Below, in pieces: positions 32,024 to 46,087 of a stretch of DNA of 64,000 nt. The DNA is taken from assembly GCA_902538255.1 (NCBI GenBank), contig CACBEJ010000002.1:45381-109380 (forward strand), written 5' to 3'. Source of the stretch: an uncultured Pelagibacteraceae bacterium. Its GTDB lineage: Bacteria > Pseudomonadota > Alphaproteobacteria > Pelagibacterales > Pelagibacteraceae. The position numbers were made by a program, and so were the translations under genes. Under the pieces are notes generated by a model. The model did no database searches. It saw only the letters and a list, made by a program, of their open reading frames with translations, and was not told the DNA's origin. Within the stretch, counting starts at the first letter, position 1, and each line of letters starts with the position of its first letter.

Positions 32024-32572
32024 ATGCCTAAATCAAAGTCAGCTTACAGTATTCCTACAAAAAAACAAAAATCTGAGACTTATATTTTCGTTGTTTGGGT
32101 TGATAACGAAGCTGGTGTTCTTGCTAGAGTAGTTGGACTGTTTTCAGGAAGGGGATATAATATTGAGTCATTGGCTGTAGCCGAAGTTGATGCTATAAAA
32201 AATATTTCAAGAATTACAATTGTTACAACTGGAACACTTCAGGTAATAGATCAAATTAAACTACAGTTAACAAAACTAGTGCCAGTTCATAAGGTTGCTG
32301 AATTTAAAAGAGAGGATAAAGGTGTAATATTTAAAGAAATGGCTTTATTTAAAGTTGTTGGTAAAAGGAATAAAATAGATAAATGTTTAAACGCTTGTAA
32401 AAAATTTAATCCAGTAATATTAGATGAAACAAAAACTTCAGCAGTAATTCAAATAACCGCTCTTAGAAGAGAAATTGATAAAATGAATAAAAAATTAAAG
32501 CCCTTAGGACTTATTAGTACTTCGAGAACTGGGGCAGTAGCTATGACCAGAGGTGCTAAAATATTTAATTAA
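32024..32572 (+). CDS. ilvH: Acetolactate synthase small (regulatory) subunit
   Basis: VDNEAGVLARVVGLFSGRGYNIESL ACT domain, SRTG. Confidence 0.95.
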   Translation: MPKSKSAYSIPTKKQKSETYIFVVWVDNEAGVLARVVGLFSGRGYNIESLAVAEVDAIKNISRITIVTTGTLQVIDQIKLQLTKLVPVHKVAEFKREDKGVIFKEMALFKVVGKRNKIDKCLNACKKFNPVILDETKTSAVIQITALRREIDKMNKKLKPLGLISTSRTGAVAMTRGAKIFN

Positions 32573-33613
<1,041 letters not shown>

Positions 33614-33695
33614 ATTTTATCAGTAAATTATTGCTACTATAATTCAATTATTTCACTTATACTTTTTTAAATAAATTTTAAAAACGAGGGGAATA

Positions 33696-35258
33696 ATGAA
33701 GACTAAAAATATAGTAAGAATACTACTGTCATTAGTTCTAGTATTTGGATTTTCTTCAGCATGGGCAAAAACTATTAAATGGTCTATGCAAGGAGACAGT
33801 TTAACACTAGATCCACATGCACAAAATGAGGGTCCAACTACTCAAGTATCAAGACAAGTTTACGAAGCTCTAGTTCAAAGAGGCTTGGATATGAAAATAG
33901 GGCCTGCTTTAGCAACAAAATGGAAAGCTACTGATCCAAATACATGGATTTTTACTTTAAGAGAAGATGCTAAGTTTTCAGATGGCTCAGGAATGACATC
34001 TGCAGATGTTGTTTTTAGCATATTAAGAGCTAAGCAAAGAACATCTGATTTTAAAGAATACATCAGCACAGTTTCAAATGTTGAAGCGGTTGGAGATTAC
34101 TCAGTTAAAATAACAACAAGTAAACCTAACCCTATTCTTTTAAACCAACTATCAAACATTTTTATAATGTCTAAAGCTTGGTCAGAGAAAAACTTTGCAA
34201 TGTCTCCACAAAATTGGGACGCAGGACAAGAAACTTTCTCTGCTACTAATGCTATGGGAACTGGTCCTTTTAAAATAACTTTAAGAGAACCAAATACTAA
34301 AACAGTGTTTAAAAGAAATAAACATTGGTGGGGTGAGATGAAGGACAAAAAAGTAACTCAAATTGAATTAATGCCTATAAAAAACGCAGCTACAAGAGTT
34401 GCAGCTTTATTATCAGGTGAAATTGATATAGTTACTGATGCTCCAGTTCAAGATTTAAAAAGAATTGGATCTTCTTCAGGTCATAAAGTTGAAAGTACAG
34501 CTCAAATGAGAACAATTTTCTTAGGTATGGATCAAGCAGCTGACAAATTAAGAACTGGAAATACAGGTGATAATCCATTCAAGAAAAAAGAAGTAAGACA
34601 AGCTCTTTATCAAGCAATTGATATAGAAGCGATCAAGAAAAAAGTTATGAGAGGTCTAAGTGAACCAGCAGGAATTATAACTTTCCCAGGTGTTAATGGA
34701 TATACAGCTGATCTTGATAAAAGATTACCTTACGATGTTAATGCTGCAAAAAAACTTTTAGCTGATGCGGGTTATCCTAATGGTTTTGACGTTGAACTTA
34801 GATGTCCTAATGACAGATATGTAAATGATGAAGCAATATGTACAGCTGTTGTTGGAATGTTGGGTAAAATTGGAGTTAATGTTAACTTATTTGCTCAAAC
34901 TAAAAGTAAACACTTCAAAGAACTAAAAGATGATCAAGGTGATTTCTATATGCTAGGATGGGGTGTTCCAACTTTAGATAGTCACTATGTTTTTCATTAC
35001 CTATATGAAAGTGGTGCCAGCTGGAACAAAGTTAACTTTAGTAACGCTGATGTTGATGCTGCAATTAGGGTTATGGAAGGTGAAGTTGATTTAGATAAAA
35101 GAAATGCTGCAATTGCAAAAGCTTGGAAAATTGTAAAAGATGATATCTCTTATCTTCCTTTACATCACCAAGTAATTTCTTGGGCATCTAAAAGCAATGT
35201 TAATGTTCCTATCAGACCGAATAACGAACCGTTATTCAGAACTGCTAGTTTTAAATAA
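33696..35258 (+). CDS. Peptide/nickel ABC transporter substrate-binding protein (SBP family 5)
   Basis: Signal peptide, TLDPH, GTGPF, RVAALLSGEID, VRQALYQAID, AKKLLADAGY. Confidence 0.92.
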   Translation: MKTKNIVRILLSLVLVFGFSSAWAKTIKWSMQGDSLTLDPHAQNEGPTTQVSRQVYEALVQRGLDMKIGPALATKWKATDPNTWIFTLREDAKFSDGSGMTSADVVFSILRAKQRTSDFKEYISTVSNVEAVGDYSVKITTSKPNPILLNQLSNIFIMSKAWSEKNFAMSPQNWDAGQETFSATNAMGTGPFKITLREPNTKTVFKRNKHWWGEMKDKKVTQIELMPIKNAATRVAALLSGEIDIVTDAPVQDLKRIGSSSGHKVESTAQMRTIFLGMDQAADKLRTGNTGDNPFKKKEVRQALYQAIDIEAIKKKVMRGLSEPAGIITFPGVNGYTADLDKRLPYDVNAAKKLLADAGYPNGFDVELRCPNDRYVNDEAICTAVVGMLGKIGVNVNLFAQTKSKHFKELKDDQGDFYMLGWGVPTLDSHYVFHYLYESGASWNKVNFSNADVDAAIRVMEGEVDLDKRNAAIAKAWKIVKDDISYLPLHHQVISWASKSNVNVPIRPNNEPLFRTASFK

Positions 35259-35268
35259 TTAAAAATTA

Positions 35269-35302
35269 TTACAAGCCCTTTAAATTTTTAAAGGGCTTGT
35301 AA
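35269..35302 (+). terminator. Stem-loop after the SBP gene (terminator or mRNA-stabilising hairpin)
   Basis: TTACAAGCCCTTTAA-ATTT-TTAAAGGGCTTGTAA, perfect 15-bp stem. Confidence 0.75.
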
Positions 35303-35319
35303 GTTTAAACCTTCACAAA

Positions 35320-36303
35320 TTGATAAAATATTTTTTTAAAAGGCTGTTTCAATCTGCTTTGGTGATGTTGGTTGTCGCCTTTGTGTCTTTCTCTTTATTT
35401 AATTTTGTTGGAGATCCAATTAATAACATGGTTGGAGAAGAAACTTCTGATGAGGAAAGGGCAGAATTAAGAGAAACATTAGGTTTGATGGACCCAATTC
35501 ATGTACAGTTTTCAAGATTTATAGTTAATGCTTCTAAGGGCGAGTTTGGAATTTCATATCAATTAAGAAGACCTGTTTCAGAATTAATTGTTGAAAGATT
35601 ACCAGCTACTATTGAACTAGTAGTTATTTCGGCACTAATTGCACTTGTAACAGGTACATTATTAGGGGTTTATACAGGTATAAATCGAAAAGGCTTTTTA
35701 AGTGATTTTGTCTTAGCCGTCTCCTTATTGGGAGTTTCACTCCCAACATTTGTTATTGGAATATTATTTATATATTTGTTCGCGGTAATTTTAGGAATAT
35801 TACCTTCTTTTGGAAGAGGAGAAGTTGTTGATTTAGGTTTTTGGACCACAGGTTTCTTAACAGCATCAGGACTGAAAGCAATTATACTTCCTTCAGTAAC
35901 ATTAAGTCTTTTCCAAATGACTTATATTATCAGACTTGTGCGAGCAGAGATGATGGAAATACTACAAACAGATTATATTAAATTTGCACGTGCTAGAGGC
36001 ATTAGTGAAAATAGTATCAAGTATAAACATGCATTAAAAAATGGATTGATACCAGTAATAACTATAGCAGGAATTAATATCGGAACTCTAATTGCTTTTT
36101 CAATTATTACTGAGACTGTTTTTCAATGGCCTGGTATGGGCTTTTTATTTATTCAAGCAGTACAATTCGTCGATATACCAATCATGTCAGCTTATTTAGT
36201 TTTTATAGCTTTTGTTTTCGTGATGATAAATTTTATAGTTGATATTCTTTATTATTTAATTGATCCAAGAATAAGAGTTAAGGGAGATGTTGCAAGTGGA
36301 TAA
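35320..36303 (+). CDS. Peptide ABC transporter permease (DppB-like)
   Basis: GDP, RLPATIEL, DYIKFARARG EAA loop, ETVFQWPGMG; TTG start. Confidence 0.92.
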   Translation: MIKYFFKRLFQSALVMLVVAFVSFSLFNFVGDPINNMVGEETSDEERAELRETLGLMDPIHVQFSRFIVNASKGEFGISYQLRRPVSELIVERLPATIELVVISALIALVTGTLLGVYTGINRKGFLSDFVLAVSLLGVSLPTFVIGILFIYLFAVILGILPSFGRGEVVDLGFWTTGFLTASGLKAIILPSVTLSLFQMTYIIRLVRAEMMEILQTDYIKFARARGISENSIKYKHALKNGLIPVITIAGINIGTLIAFSIITETVFQWPGMGFLFIQAVQFVDIPIMSAYLVFIAFVFVMINFIVDILYYLIDPRIRVKGDVASG

Positions 36304-37225
36304 CAAATCATTAAACACTTGGGAAAGAATTAAAGATAGTGATGTTTATCATAGCTTCATAAATTCTCCTACTGCGATTGTATCATCTACTATTTTGTTT
36401 ATAATTTTTTTCTGTTCTTTTTTTGTTGAGTTCATAACACCTTATAATCCTTTTGATCCTTCGTCTCTATCACTGATGGATGCATTCACTCCACCATCAT
36501 GGACTGAAGATGGTCTTGCTAAATTTATTTTAGGTACTGATGGACAAGGAAGAGACATGTTATCTACAATTTTATACGGATGTAGAATTTCTCTGATTGT
36601 AGGTTTTTCTGCAATAATCTTTAGTTTAATTCTTGGAGTTGGATTGGGATTAACAGCTGGATTTTTTGGTGGAAAATACGAAATGATAGTAATGAGATTA
36701 ACAGATGTTCAGTTAACAGTACCAAGTATTTTGATGGCATTGTTGGTTGATGGAATAGCAAGAGGATTAATCTCAAGAGAAATGCATGATGAAATGGCAA
36801 TTTATGTTTTAATATTTGCTATTGGAATTTCAGAGTGGCCACAATTTGCAAGAGTTTCAAGAGCTGCAACTTTAGTAGAAAAAAATAAAGACTATGTTTC
36901 AGCATCAACAATAATTGGGGTTTCAAATATAATTATTATGTTTAAACATATTTTACCAAATATTTTAAGACCAGTGTTTGTAATCGGAACCATTGGTTTA
37001 GCACTTGCTATTTTAGCTGAGTCTACTTTAAGTTTTTTAGGTGTTGGCGTACCTCCAACAACACCTTCTTTGGGGACATTAATACGACTCGGTAATGACT
37101 TTTTATTTTCAGGAGAATGGTGGATTACTTTTTTTCCAGCAATTTTCTTGGTTATTTTAGCATTTTCAATAAATTTATTAGGTGATTGGATGAGAGATAC
37201 TTTAAATCCAAAATTAAAAAAATGA
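36296..37225 (+). CDS. Peptide ABC transporter permease (DppC-like)
   Basis: LGTDGQGRD, KHILPN, LSFLGVGVPP, GDWMRD.LNP; GTG 36296 or ATG 36287 start. Confidence 0.92.
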   Translation: MDNKSLNTWERIKDSDVYHSFINSPTAIVSSTILFIIFFCSFFVEFITPYNPFDPSSLSLMDAFTPPSWTEDGLAKFILGTDGQGRDMLSTILYGCRISLIVGFSAIIFSLILGVGLGLTAGFFGGKYEMIVMRLTDVQLTVPSILMALLVDGIARGLISREMHDEMAIYVLIFAIGISEWPQFARVSRAATLVEKNKDYVSASTIIGVSNIIIMFKHILPNILRPVFVIGTIGLALAILAESTLSFLGVGVPPTTPSLGTLIRLGNDFLFSGEWWITFFPAIFLVILAFSINLLGDWMRDTLNPKLKK

Positions 37226-38904
37226 CATTTTTAAAAATAAATAATCTTAGTGTTGATTATCAAATGAGAAAAGAAACAGTTAACGCTGCTAAAAATGTAA
37301 ATATTGAAGTAAACAAAGGAGAAATTTTAGGATTAGTTGGAGAGTCTGGTTCAGGAAAGAGTACGGTAGGAAACGCTATTATAAATTTAATTGATGAACC
37401 AGGCAAGGTATCTAGTGGCTCAGTTATTTTAGGCGATCTTAACATTCATGAAAATTCTGAAAGTATTGTAAAATATAGAGGAAATAAAATTGGGTTGATA
37501 TTTCAAGATCCTCAAACTTCACTAAACCCAATTCTTACTGTTGGTGAACAATTAATTGAAACAATTCAAACTCATCTTAAATTAAGTAAGGAAGAAGCAA
37601 AAAATAAATCTATAAATTTATTAAAAGAGGTTGGTATAAAAGATGCAGAGGCAAGATTTGATAATTATCCTCACCAATTCTCAGGTGGAATGAGGCAGCG
37701 AGTAGTAATTTCTCTAGCTTTATGTTGTGAGCCAGAATTGTTAGTTGCAGATGAACCAACAACAGCATTAGATGTATCAATTCAATCTCAGATTTTAGAA
37801 CTAATTAAAAAATTAACAAAAGAAAGAAACCTTGCAGTCATCTTAATTACTCATGACATGGGGGTTATAGCTGAGACTGCAGATCGAGTTGCAGTTATGA
37901 AAAGTGGTAATTTAGTTGAAATTGGTGAAACAAAAAAAATATTAACTAAACCACAAGAAAATTATACTAAAAGCTTAGTAAGTTCTGTTCCACCAACTAA
38001 CAAAAAAATTTCAAGATTTGTAATAGTTGAAAAAGAAAACAGTGACAAAAAAGAAAATAATATCAAAATATTAAATAGATGGACAAAAAAAGGAATAATA
38101 AATCAAGATTTAGTACAGATAAAAAATCTTAGTAAAAGTTTTGACAATAATTTTTTTACAGAAAGTTCTAAAAATTCTGTGATGGCTGTTAATGATGTTT
38201 CTTTTGAAATAAAAGAAGGTGAGTCTTTCGGCTTAGTAGGAGAAAGTGGAAGTGGAAAATCTACAATTGCAAAAATGATTGTAAATTTATTCAAACCTTC
38301 TTCTGGAGATATCTTCTTTGACAATATTTGTATTACAAAAATAAAACAAAGATCAGAATTAATGAAATTTAGAAAACAAATTCAAATGATATTTCAAGAT
38401 CCTTATTCTTCACTAAATGGAAGATTAAAAGTGAAAGATATAATTGCAGAACCAATCACACTTCACAACACATCAATATCAAATATAGATTTAAATAATT
38501 ATATTTATGATTTACTAGAGTCTGTAGAATTAACTCAAAAATCTGCAGATCGATATCCACATGAATTTTCAGGAGGGCAGAGACAGAGAATATCAATTGC
38601 AAGAGCACTAGCAACACAACCAAGACTTTTGGTTTGCGACGAACCTACCTCTGCTTTGGATGTAAGTATTCAAGCCCAAATATTAAATTTACTAAAGGAT
38701 CTTCAAGAACAATTAAATTTAACAATTTTATTTATAAGTCATGATCTACCTGTTGTAAGACAAATGTGTGATAGAATTGGAGTTCTGAAAGATGGCAAAT
38801 TATGTGAAGTTTCAAACACTGAGGATTTATTCTTAAAACCGACACATGAATATACGATTGAACTTTTAAGGTTAATGCCTAAAATTGAGTCTATTTATAA
38901 TTAA
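37222..38904 (+). CDS. Peptide ABC transporter ATP-binding protein, fused DppD-DppF
   Basis: Two ATPase domains (GESGSGKS twice; YPHQFSGGM and YPHEFSGGQ); ATGA coupling at 37222. Confidence 0.93.
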   Translation: MTFLKINNLSVDYQMRKETVNAAKNVNIEVNKGEILGLVGESGSGKSTVGNAIINLIDEPGKVSSGSVILGDLNIHENSESIVKYRGNKIGLIFQDPQTSLNPILTVGEQLIETIQTHLKLSKEEAKNKSINLLKEVGIKDAEARFDNYPHQFSGGMRQRVVISLALCCEPELLVADEPTTALDVSIQSQILELIKKLTKERNLAVILITHDMGVIAETADRVAVMKSGNLVEIGETKKILTKPQENYTKSLVSSVPPTNKKISRFVIVEKENSDKKENNIKILNRWTKKGIINQDLVQIKNLSKSFDNNFFTESSKNSVMAVNDVSFEIKEGESFGLVGESGSGKSTIAKMIVNLFKPSSGDIFFDNICITKIKQRSELMKFRKQIQMIFQDPYSSLNGRLKVKDIIAEPITLHNTSISNIDLNNYIYDLLESVELTQKSADRYPHEFSGGQRQRISIARALATQPRLLVCDEPTSALDVSIQAQILNLLKDLQEQLNLTILFISHDLPVVRQMCDRIGVLKDGKLCEVSNTEDLFLKPTHEYTIELLRLMPKIESIYN

Positions 38905-39006
38905 TTTTTCCTGAGCCTAAAATGGTCTGCTATTAGTAATTATTTAACTAATTATTTTGCAATCTCTCTTATAGATTGTATTATAGATTTTCTAAAAAAT
39001 TTTGTT

Positions 39007-41612
<2,606 letters not shown>

Positions 41613-41617
41613 GAAAA

Positions 41618-42466
41618 ATGGCTACTGGCAGAGATGATTTTGTAATTGCCATTAGGTCAGCCTTTTTAAAAAAAAAAGATAAGCAAAAATTTTCTTTACT
41701 AACTTTAATTGTTTTATCAATTTTTGTAATTGTTCTAAGTAATTTAAATTTTAAAGCAATACAATTTGTTAAATTAGGAATTAACGAAGTAATTTATAGA
41801 TCATCTCATATTACATCAATCCCAGAAAATAAATTTAAAGAAATAACTTCAAAATTCAAATCACATATGGATTTGTATGAAAGTCATCAGAAAGAATTAA
41901 TTAAAAAAGAAAATGCTGATCAACTTAAATTACAAAATGAGTTTTTAAATGCAGAAAATGAAAAGCTTAGAGAGTTACTTGATGAAAGTATAAATTCACA
42001 AGAAATATTTGCCAGAGTTTTAATTGATAAAGACAGTCCATATTTAAAATCAATAGTATTAAACAAAGGCACAAAAGATAAAGTAAAAATTGGAATGGCT
42101 GTTATTGATGATGTTTATCTAGTTGGCCAAATAATTGAAGTAAACTATACTAATTCAAGGGCATTACTATTATCTGATCTCAACAGTAAGATACCATCTG
42201 TATTAGAGCCAGATGATATTCAAGCTGTAATTTCTGGTACAGGAAGTGATTTTGGAAAAATTGAACATACTCAAAAGGAACTTAGAGAAGATTTTAAAAA
42301 TAAAGAAATTTTTGCTTACACCTCAGGTCTTGGTGGTTTATTCAAACCTGGTATACCAATAGGAAAAATTAACAACATATCAGAGGGAAAAGTTAATTTT
42401 TTTTCTGATTTTACACAACTGAACTATGTAAAAATAGTTTCTTATAAAATAGGTGGAGTAAATTAA
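41618..42466 (+). CDS. mreC: Rod shape-determining protein MreC
   Basis: TM plus coiled coil (ENEKLRELL), NKG..D, TSGLGGLFKPGIPIG. Confidence 0.92.
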   Translation: MATGRDDFVIAIRSAFLKKKDKQKFSLLTLIVLSIFVIVLSNLNFKAIQFVKLGINEVIYRSSHITSIPENKFKEITSKFKSHMDLYESHQKELIKKENADQLKLQNEFLNAENEKLRELLDESINSQEIFARVLIDKDSPYLKSIVLNKGTKDKVKIGMAVIDDVYLVGQIIEVNYTNSRALLLSDLNSKIPSVLEPDDIQAVISGTGSDFGKIEHTQKELREDFKNKEIFAYTSGLGGLFKPGIPIGKINNISEGKVNFFSDFTQLNYVKIVSYKIGGVN

Positions 42467-42984
42467 TGTCATCACTTAATAAAAGTTCTTTTTTAAAAAT
42501 ATTTTTATCTTATCTACCAATTTTAATGTTATTTTTTTCAGTATTTAATGAATTTGATTTTAATTACTTAAAACTTGATTATTTTGCCTTTAATTTTGTT
42601 CATCTATTAATTTTCTTTTGGACTTTAAGAAATCCTGATCAATTAGGTTATTTAGCAATTTTCTTTGCAGGTATAATTAATGATGTTGTAATAGGTATAC
42701 CAATAGGAATTAGTAGTTTTTGTTACCTTATTCTTTGCTCAGTAACAGCTTATATAAGAAACATTACTTTATCTCCAAACTTTATGAAGGATTGGATATC
42801 ATTATTATTAACAATTTTATTAATAAATTCAATTCAAGTAATTATTTTGGATTTAGTATTTATAATTAAAGTTGATTACACTAATTATTTGATTAACTCA
42901 GGTTTTACTTTTTTATTTTATCCAATATTTTTTTTATTTTTCAATTTTTTAAACAAAAGAATTTCATATCAAACAAATGATTAA
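42466..42984 (+). CDS. mreD: Rod shape-determining protein MreD
   Basis: 172-aa hydrophobic protein with FW..RNP and GII.D...G.PIG, between mreC and mrdA. Confidence 0.85.
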   Translation: MSSLNKSSFLKIFLSYLPILMLFFSVFNEFDFNYLKLDYFAFNFVHLLIFFWTLRNPDQLGYLAIFFAGIINDVVIGIPIGISSFCYLILCSVTAYIRNITLSPNFMKDWISLLLTILLINSIQVIILDLVFIIKVDYTNYLINSGFTFLFYPIFFLFFNFLNKRISYQTND

Positions 42985-44899
42985 ATCCAATTCAGTAATA
43001 AGAAAAACAGATGTAATTAATAGAAGGATGTTCATAATTGGAGCAGCAAAAATTGTAGTTTTTGTTGGTATCATTGCTCGTTTATTTTCTCTTCAAATAA
43101 ACGAAAATAAAAAATATTTAACACTTTCAGACAAAAACAGAATTAGAGAATGGAAACTCCCCCCTACAAGGGGAAATATTGTTGATTATTTTGGAAATGT
43201 AATTGCGGGAAATTTAAAAGTTTATCAATTACATATAATTCCAGAGCAAGTTGAGAATTTTAATTATTTACTAGTTAGATTGAAAAATCTTTTAAATTTA
43301 AGTGACAAAAGAATTGCAAGAATAAATAAATTAAAATCAGAATTAAAACCTTGGGAGAGTATTATTGTTTCTGAAAATTTAAGCTGGAGTCAATTTGTAA
43401 AAATTAATAATTATTTATACGATCTTGTAGGTATTAAACCTGTAATGACAATCTCGAGAAACTATCCATTTAATGATGTATACACACATGTTCTTGGATA
43501 TGTGAGTCAACCAAATGAAGAAGAAATTTTAGAAAATGAAATTATCCAAGAAAGATTTGTACCAGGAATGAAAATTGGAAAACTGGGATTAGAGAAAAGA
43601 CTTGAAAATCATTTAATTGGAACAAATGCTATTCAAAGATATGAAGTAAATGCTTATGGTAAAAGAATTAATCAACTCGAGCATCAAAAAGGTAAGCAAG
43701 GATCAAAAATACGTTTAACTCTAGATACAGAAATACAAAAAGCTTGTGGAGAATTATTAAATGGAAAAGCAGGTTCTATAAGTGTAATGGATATTTATAC
43801 TGGAGATATAATAGCAATGTATTCATCTCCATCCTATAATCCAAATTTATTTTTATTTGGAATAAGTCAAGATGAGTGGCAATTAATTAGAAATAATCCA
43901 TTAAAACCACTAATAAACAAAACTCTTTCGGGTCTATACTCACCAGGTTCAACAATAAAACCTATCGTTGCACTTTCAGCTTTAGAAAACAAAGTAATAG
44001 ATACAAAGTTTAAAGTTAAATGTACTGGAAAAATGGAGTTATATGGACAAACATTTCACTGTTGGAAGGAAAAGGGACATGGTTGGGTTAGTCTGAAAAA
44101 TGCAATGAAACAATCTTGTGATACATATTTTTACGAGGTTGCCAGGTTATTAGGTGTTGACAGATTAAACGTTACAGCTGAAAAGTTTGGCTTAGGTAAA
44201 AAAGTTCTCGGCGATTATTTTGATAACGAAAAAAAAGGATTATTTCCAAATACAAAATGGAAAAAAAATAATCTTGGGAAGGGCTGGGTATTAGGAGAGA
44301 CCCTAATAACAGGTATTGGACAAGGCTATATACAATCAACTCCTTTACAACTTTGTATGATGACTGCACAAATTGCAAATGGAGGCTTTGCTGTAAAACC
44401 GAAAATAATTGTCGATAGTAATCCAATTTCTTATGAAGATGCAAAACAATCAATGGAAAGCGGGTTATTATTTGATACCGACTCAGAGGAATTGTTAGAC
44501 AAAAAGTTATTTAAAGACCAAAGAAATATTAAGATTGTTCAAGAAGCAATGTTTGCTTCGACCAATGAAAGATTTGGAACTTCTTATAAATCAAGAATTG
44601 ATGATCCTAAATATCAATTTGCAGGAAAAACTGGAACAGCCCAGGTCAAGAGAATTAGTAAAAGAGAGAGGGAATTGGATTTAGAATTAGAGCAAATACC
44701 ATACAAAGATAGAGATCATGCTTTGTATGTTGCTTATGGACCATATGTTAAGCCACGATATGCGCTTAGTATAATTGTTGAGCATGGTGGTTCAGGAAGT
44801 AAGGCGGCAGCACCAATTGCAAAAAAATTATTTAAATTAATCATCAACAGACATGATTTAAGAAATAAACAATCAAATTTTGAGAGGATTACCGTTTAA
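42977..44899 (+). CDS. mrdA: Penicillin-binding protein 2 (elongation transpeptidase)
   Basis: YSPGSTIK (SxxK), SCDTYFY (SxD), GKTGTAQ (KTG). Confidence 0.96.
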   Translation: MIKSNSVIRKTDVINRRMFIIGAAKIVVFVGIIARLFSLQINENKKYLTLSDKNRIREWKLPPTRGNIVDYFGNVIAGNLKVYQLHIIPEQVENFNYLLVRLKNLLNLSDKRIARINKLKSELKPWESIIVSENLSWSQFVKINNYLYDLVGIKPVMTISRNYPFNDVYTHVLGYVSQPNEEEILENEIIQERFVPGMKIGKLGLEKRLENHLIGTNAIQRYEVNAYGKRINQLEHQKGKQGSKIRLTLDTEIQKACGELLNGKAGSISVMDIYTGDIIAMYSSPSYNPNLFLFGISQDEWQLIRNNPLKPLINKTLSGLYSPGSTIKPIVALSALENKVIDTKFKVKCTGKMELYGQTFHCWKEKGHGWVSLKNAMKQSCDTYFYEVARLLGVDRLNVTAEKFGLGKKVLGDYFDNEKKGLFPNTKWKKNNLGKGWVLGETLITGIGQGYIQSTPLQLCMMTAQIANGGFAVKPKIIVDSNPISYEDAKQSMESGLLFDTDSEELLDKKLFKDQRNIKIVQEAMFASTNERFGTSYKSRIDDPKYQFAGKTGTAQVKRISKRERELDLELEQIPYKDRDHALYVAYGPYVKPRYALSIIVEHGGSGSKAAAPIAKKLFKLIINRHDLRNKQSNFERITV

Positions 44900-46024
44900 A
44901 TGTTTCAGCATGATAGATTGAATAATGAGATTTCATTATTTCAAAAAATAAAAAACTTAGACTATATATTAGTAATCTCAGTTATTCTTCTTTCTTTATT
45001 AAGTGTTTTTGTTATGTATTCTACAGATGGAGGTGAAATACTTTTTCATACGAAAAATCATTTTGTAAAACTTGCAGTTTTTTTTCCTTTAATGATTTTT
45101 GTAGCTTTCTTTAATATAAAATTTTGGCACAACTTTTCTTATATAATTTATTTTATAGTAATACTTCTTTTAATTTATGTTTCCTTTTTTGGAATTAAGT
45201 CATCTGGATCACAAAGATGGATGGATCTATATTTGTTTGTGCTGCAACCATCAGAACTAATGAAGGTTGCAATCATAATGTGTTTAGCGAAATATTATCA
45301 TAGATTAAAAATAGAAAATGTTAATTCATTTACCAGTATAATAATTGTATTGTCGATTATATTAATTCCAACTATTTTTGTAATTTCTCAACCCGATCTT
45401 GGTACTTCGATATTAATTGCTTTGAGTGGACTTATTATTTTGTGGTTAGGAGGTATGAAAATAAAATATTTTATTTACTCATTTATTACTTTCTTAATTT
45501 CGCTACCATTTATAATTTCTTTTTTAAAACCCTATCAAAAACTAAGAATACTTACTTTTTTAGATCCAGATAGAGATCCCTTGGGTGCAGGATACCAAAT
45601 TATACAGTCAAAAATAGCTATTGGTTCGGGTGGCCTTAATGGAAAAGGTTTTTTAAAAGGAACACAGAGTTATTTAGATTTTTTACCTGAAAAACACACA
45701 GATTTTATATTTACCTTATTCTCAGAAGAGTTTGGTTTTATAGGTTCAGTTGGACTTTTAATATTATACATAATAATAATTTTTAGAATTATAAGAATAG
45801 GATCTATTTCAAGAAGTAATTTTGCCAAACTTTTCTGTTTTGGTTATGCTTTTGCAATTTTTATTTATATTGTTGTAAATCTATCTATGGTTTTAGGTTT
45901 GTTACCTATAGTTGGCTCACCTTTGCCAATAATGTCATATGGTGGATCATCAATGCTAGCTACAATGATTGGCTTTGGTATAGTATTAAGTGCAAAAATT
46001 AATCATAAACAAATGATTGCTTAA
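44900..46024 (+). CDS. rodA: SEDS glycosyltransferase RodA
   Basis: QPSELMK, QPDLGT, GYQIIQSKIAIGSGG, PEKHTDFIF, SYGGSS. Confidence 0.97.
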   Translation: MFQHDRLNNEISLFQKIKNLDYILVISVILLSLLSVFVMYSTDGGEILFHTKNHFVKLAVFFPLMIFVAFFNIKFWHNFSYIIYFIVILLLIYVSFFGIKSSGSQRWMDLYLFVLQPSELMKVAIIMCLAKYYHRLKIENVNSFTSIIIVLSIILIPTIFVISQPDLGTSILIALSGLIILWLGGMKIKYFIYSFITFLISLPFIISFLKPYQKLRILTFLDPDRDPLGAGYQIIQSKIAIGSGGLNGKGFLKGTQSYLDFLPEKHTDFIFTLFSEEFGFIGSVGLLILYIIIIFRIIRIGSISRSNFAKLFCFGYAFAIFIYIVVNLSMVLGLLPIVGSPLPIMSYGGSSMLATMIGFGIVLSAKINHKQMIA

Positions 46025-46036
46025 TGTAATTCAAAT

Positions 46037-46085
46037 TTGCATAATTTGTCACTCTGAAAATATAATTTTTAATTGTATAACAATT
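46037..46085 (+). promoter_or_regulatory. Putative sigma70 promoter with palindromic operator over the predicted start site
   Basis: TTGCAT-18 nt-TATAAT (46037-46066), then AATTGT-ATA-ACAATT (46071-46085) 2 nt before ATG 46088. Confidence 0.5.
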
Positions 46086-46087
46086 CA

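Noticed and set aside
38905-39006. Possible leucine attenuator upstream of leuA
   Set aside because: No Leu-rich leader peptide (only M-V-C-Y-stop) and no terminator/antiterminator pair visible.
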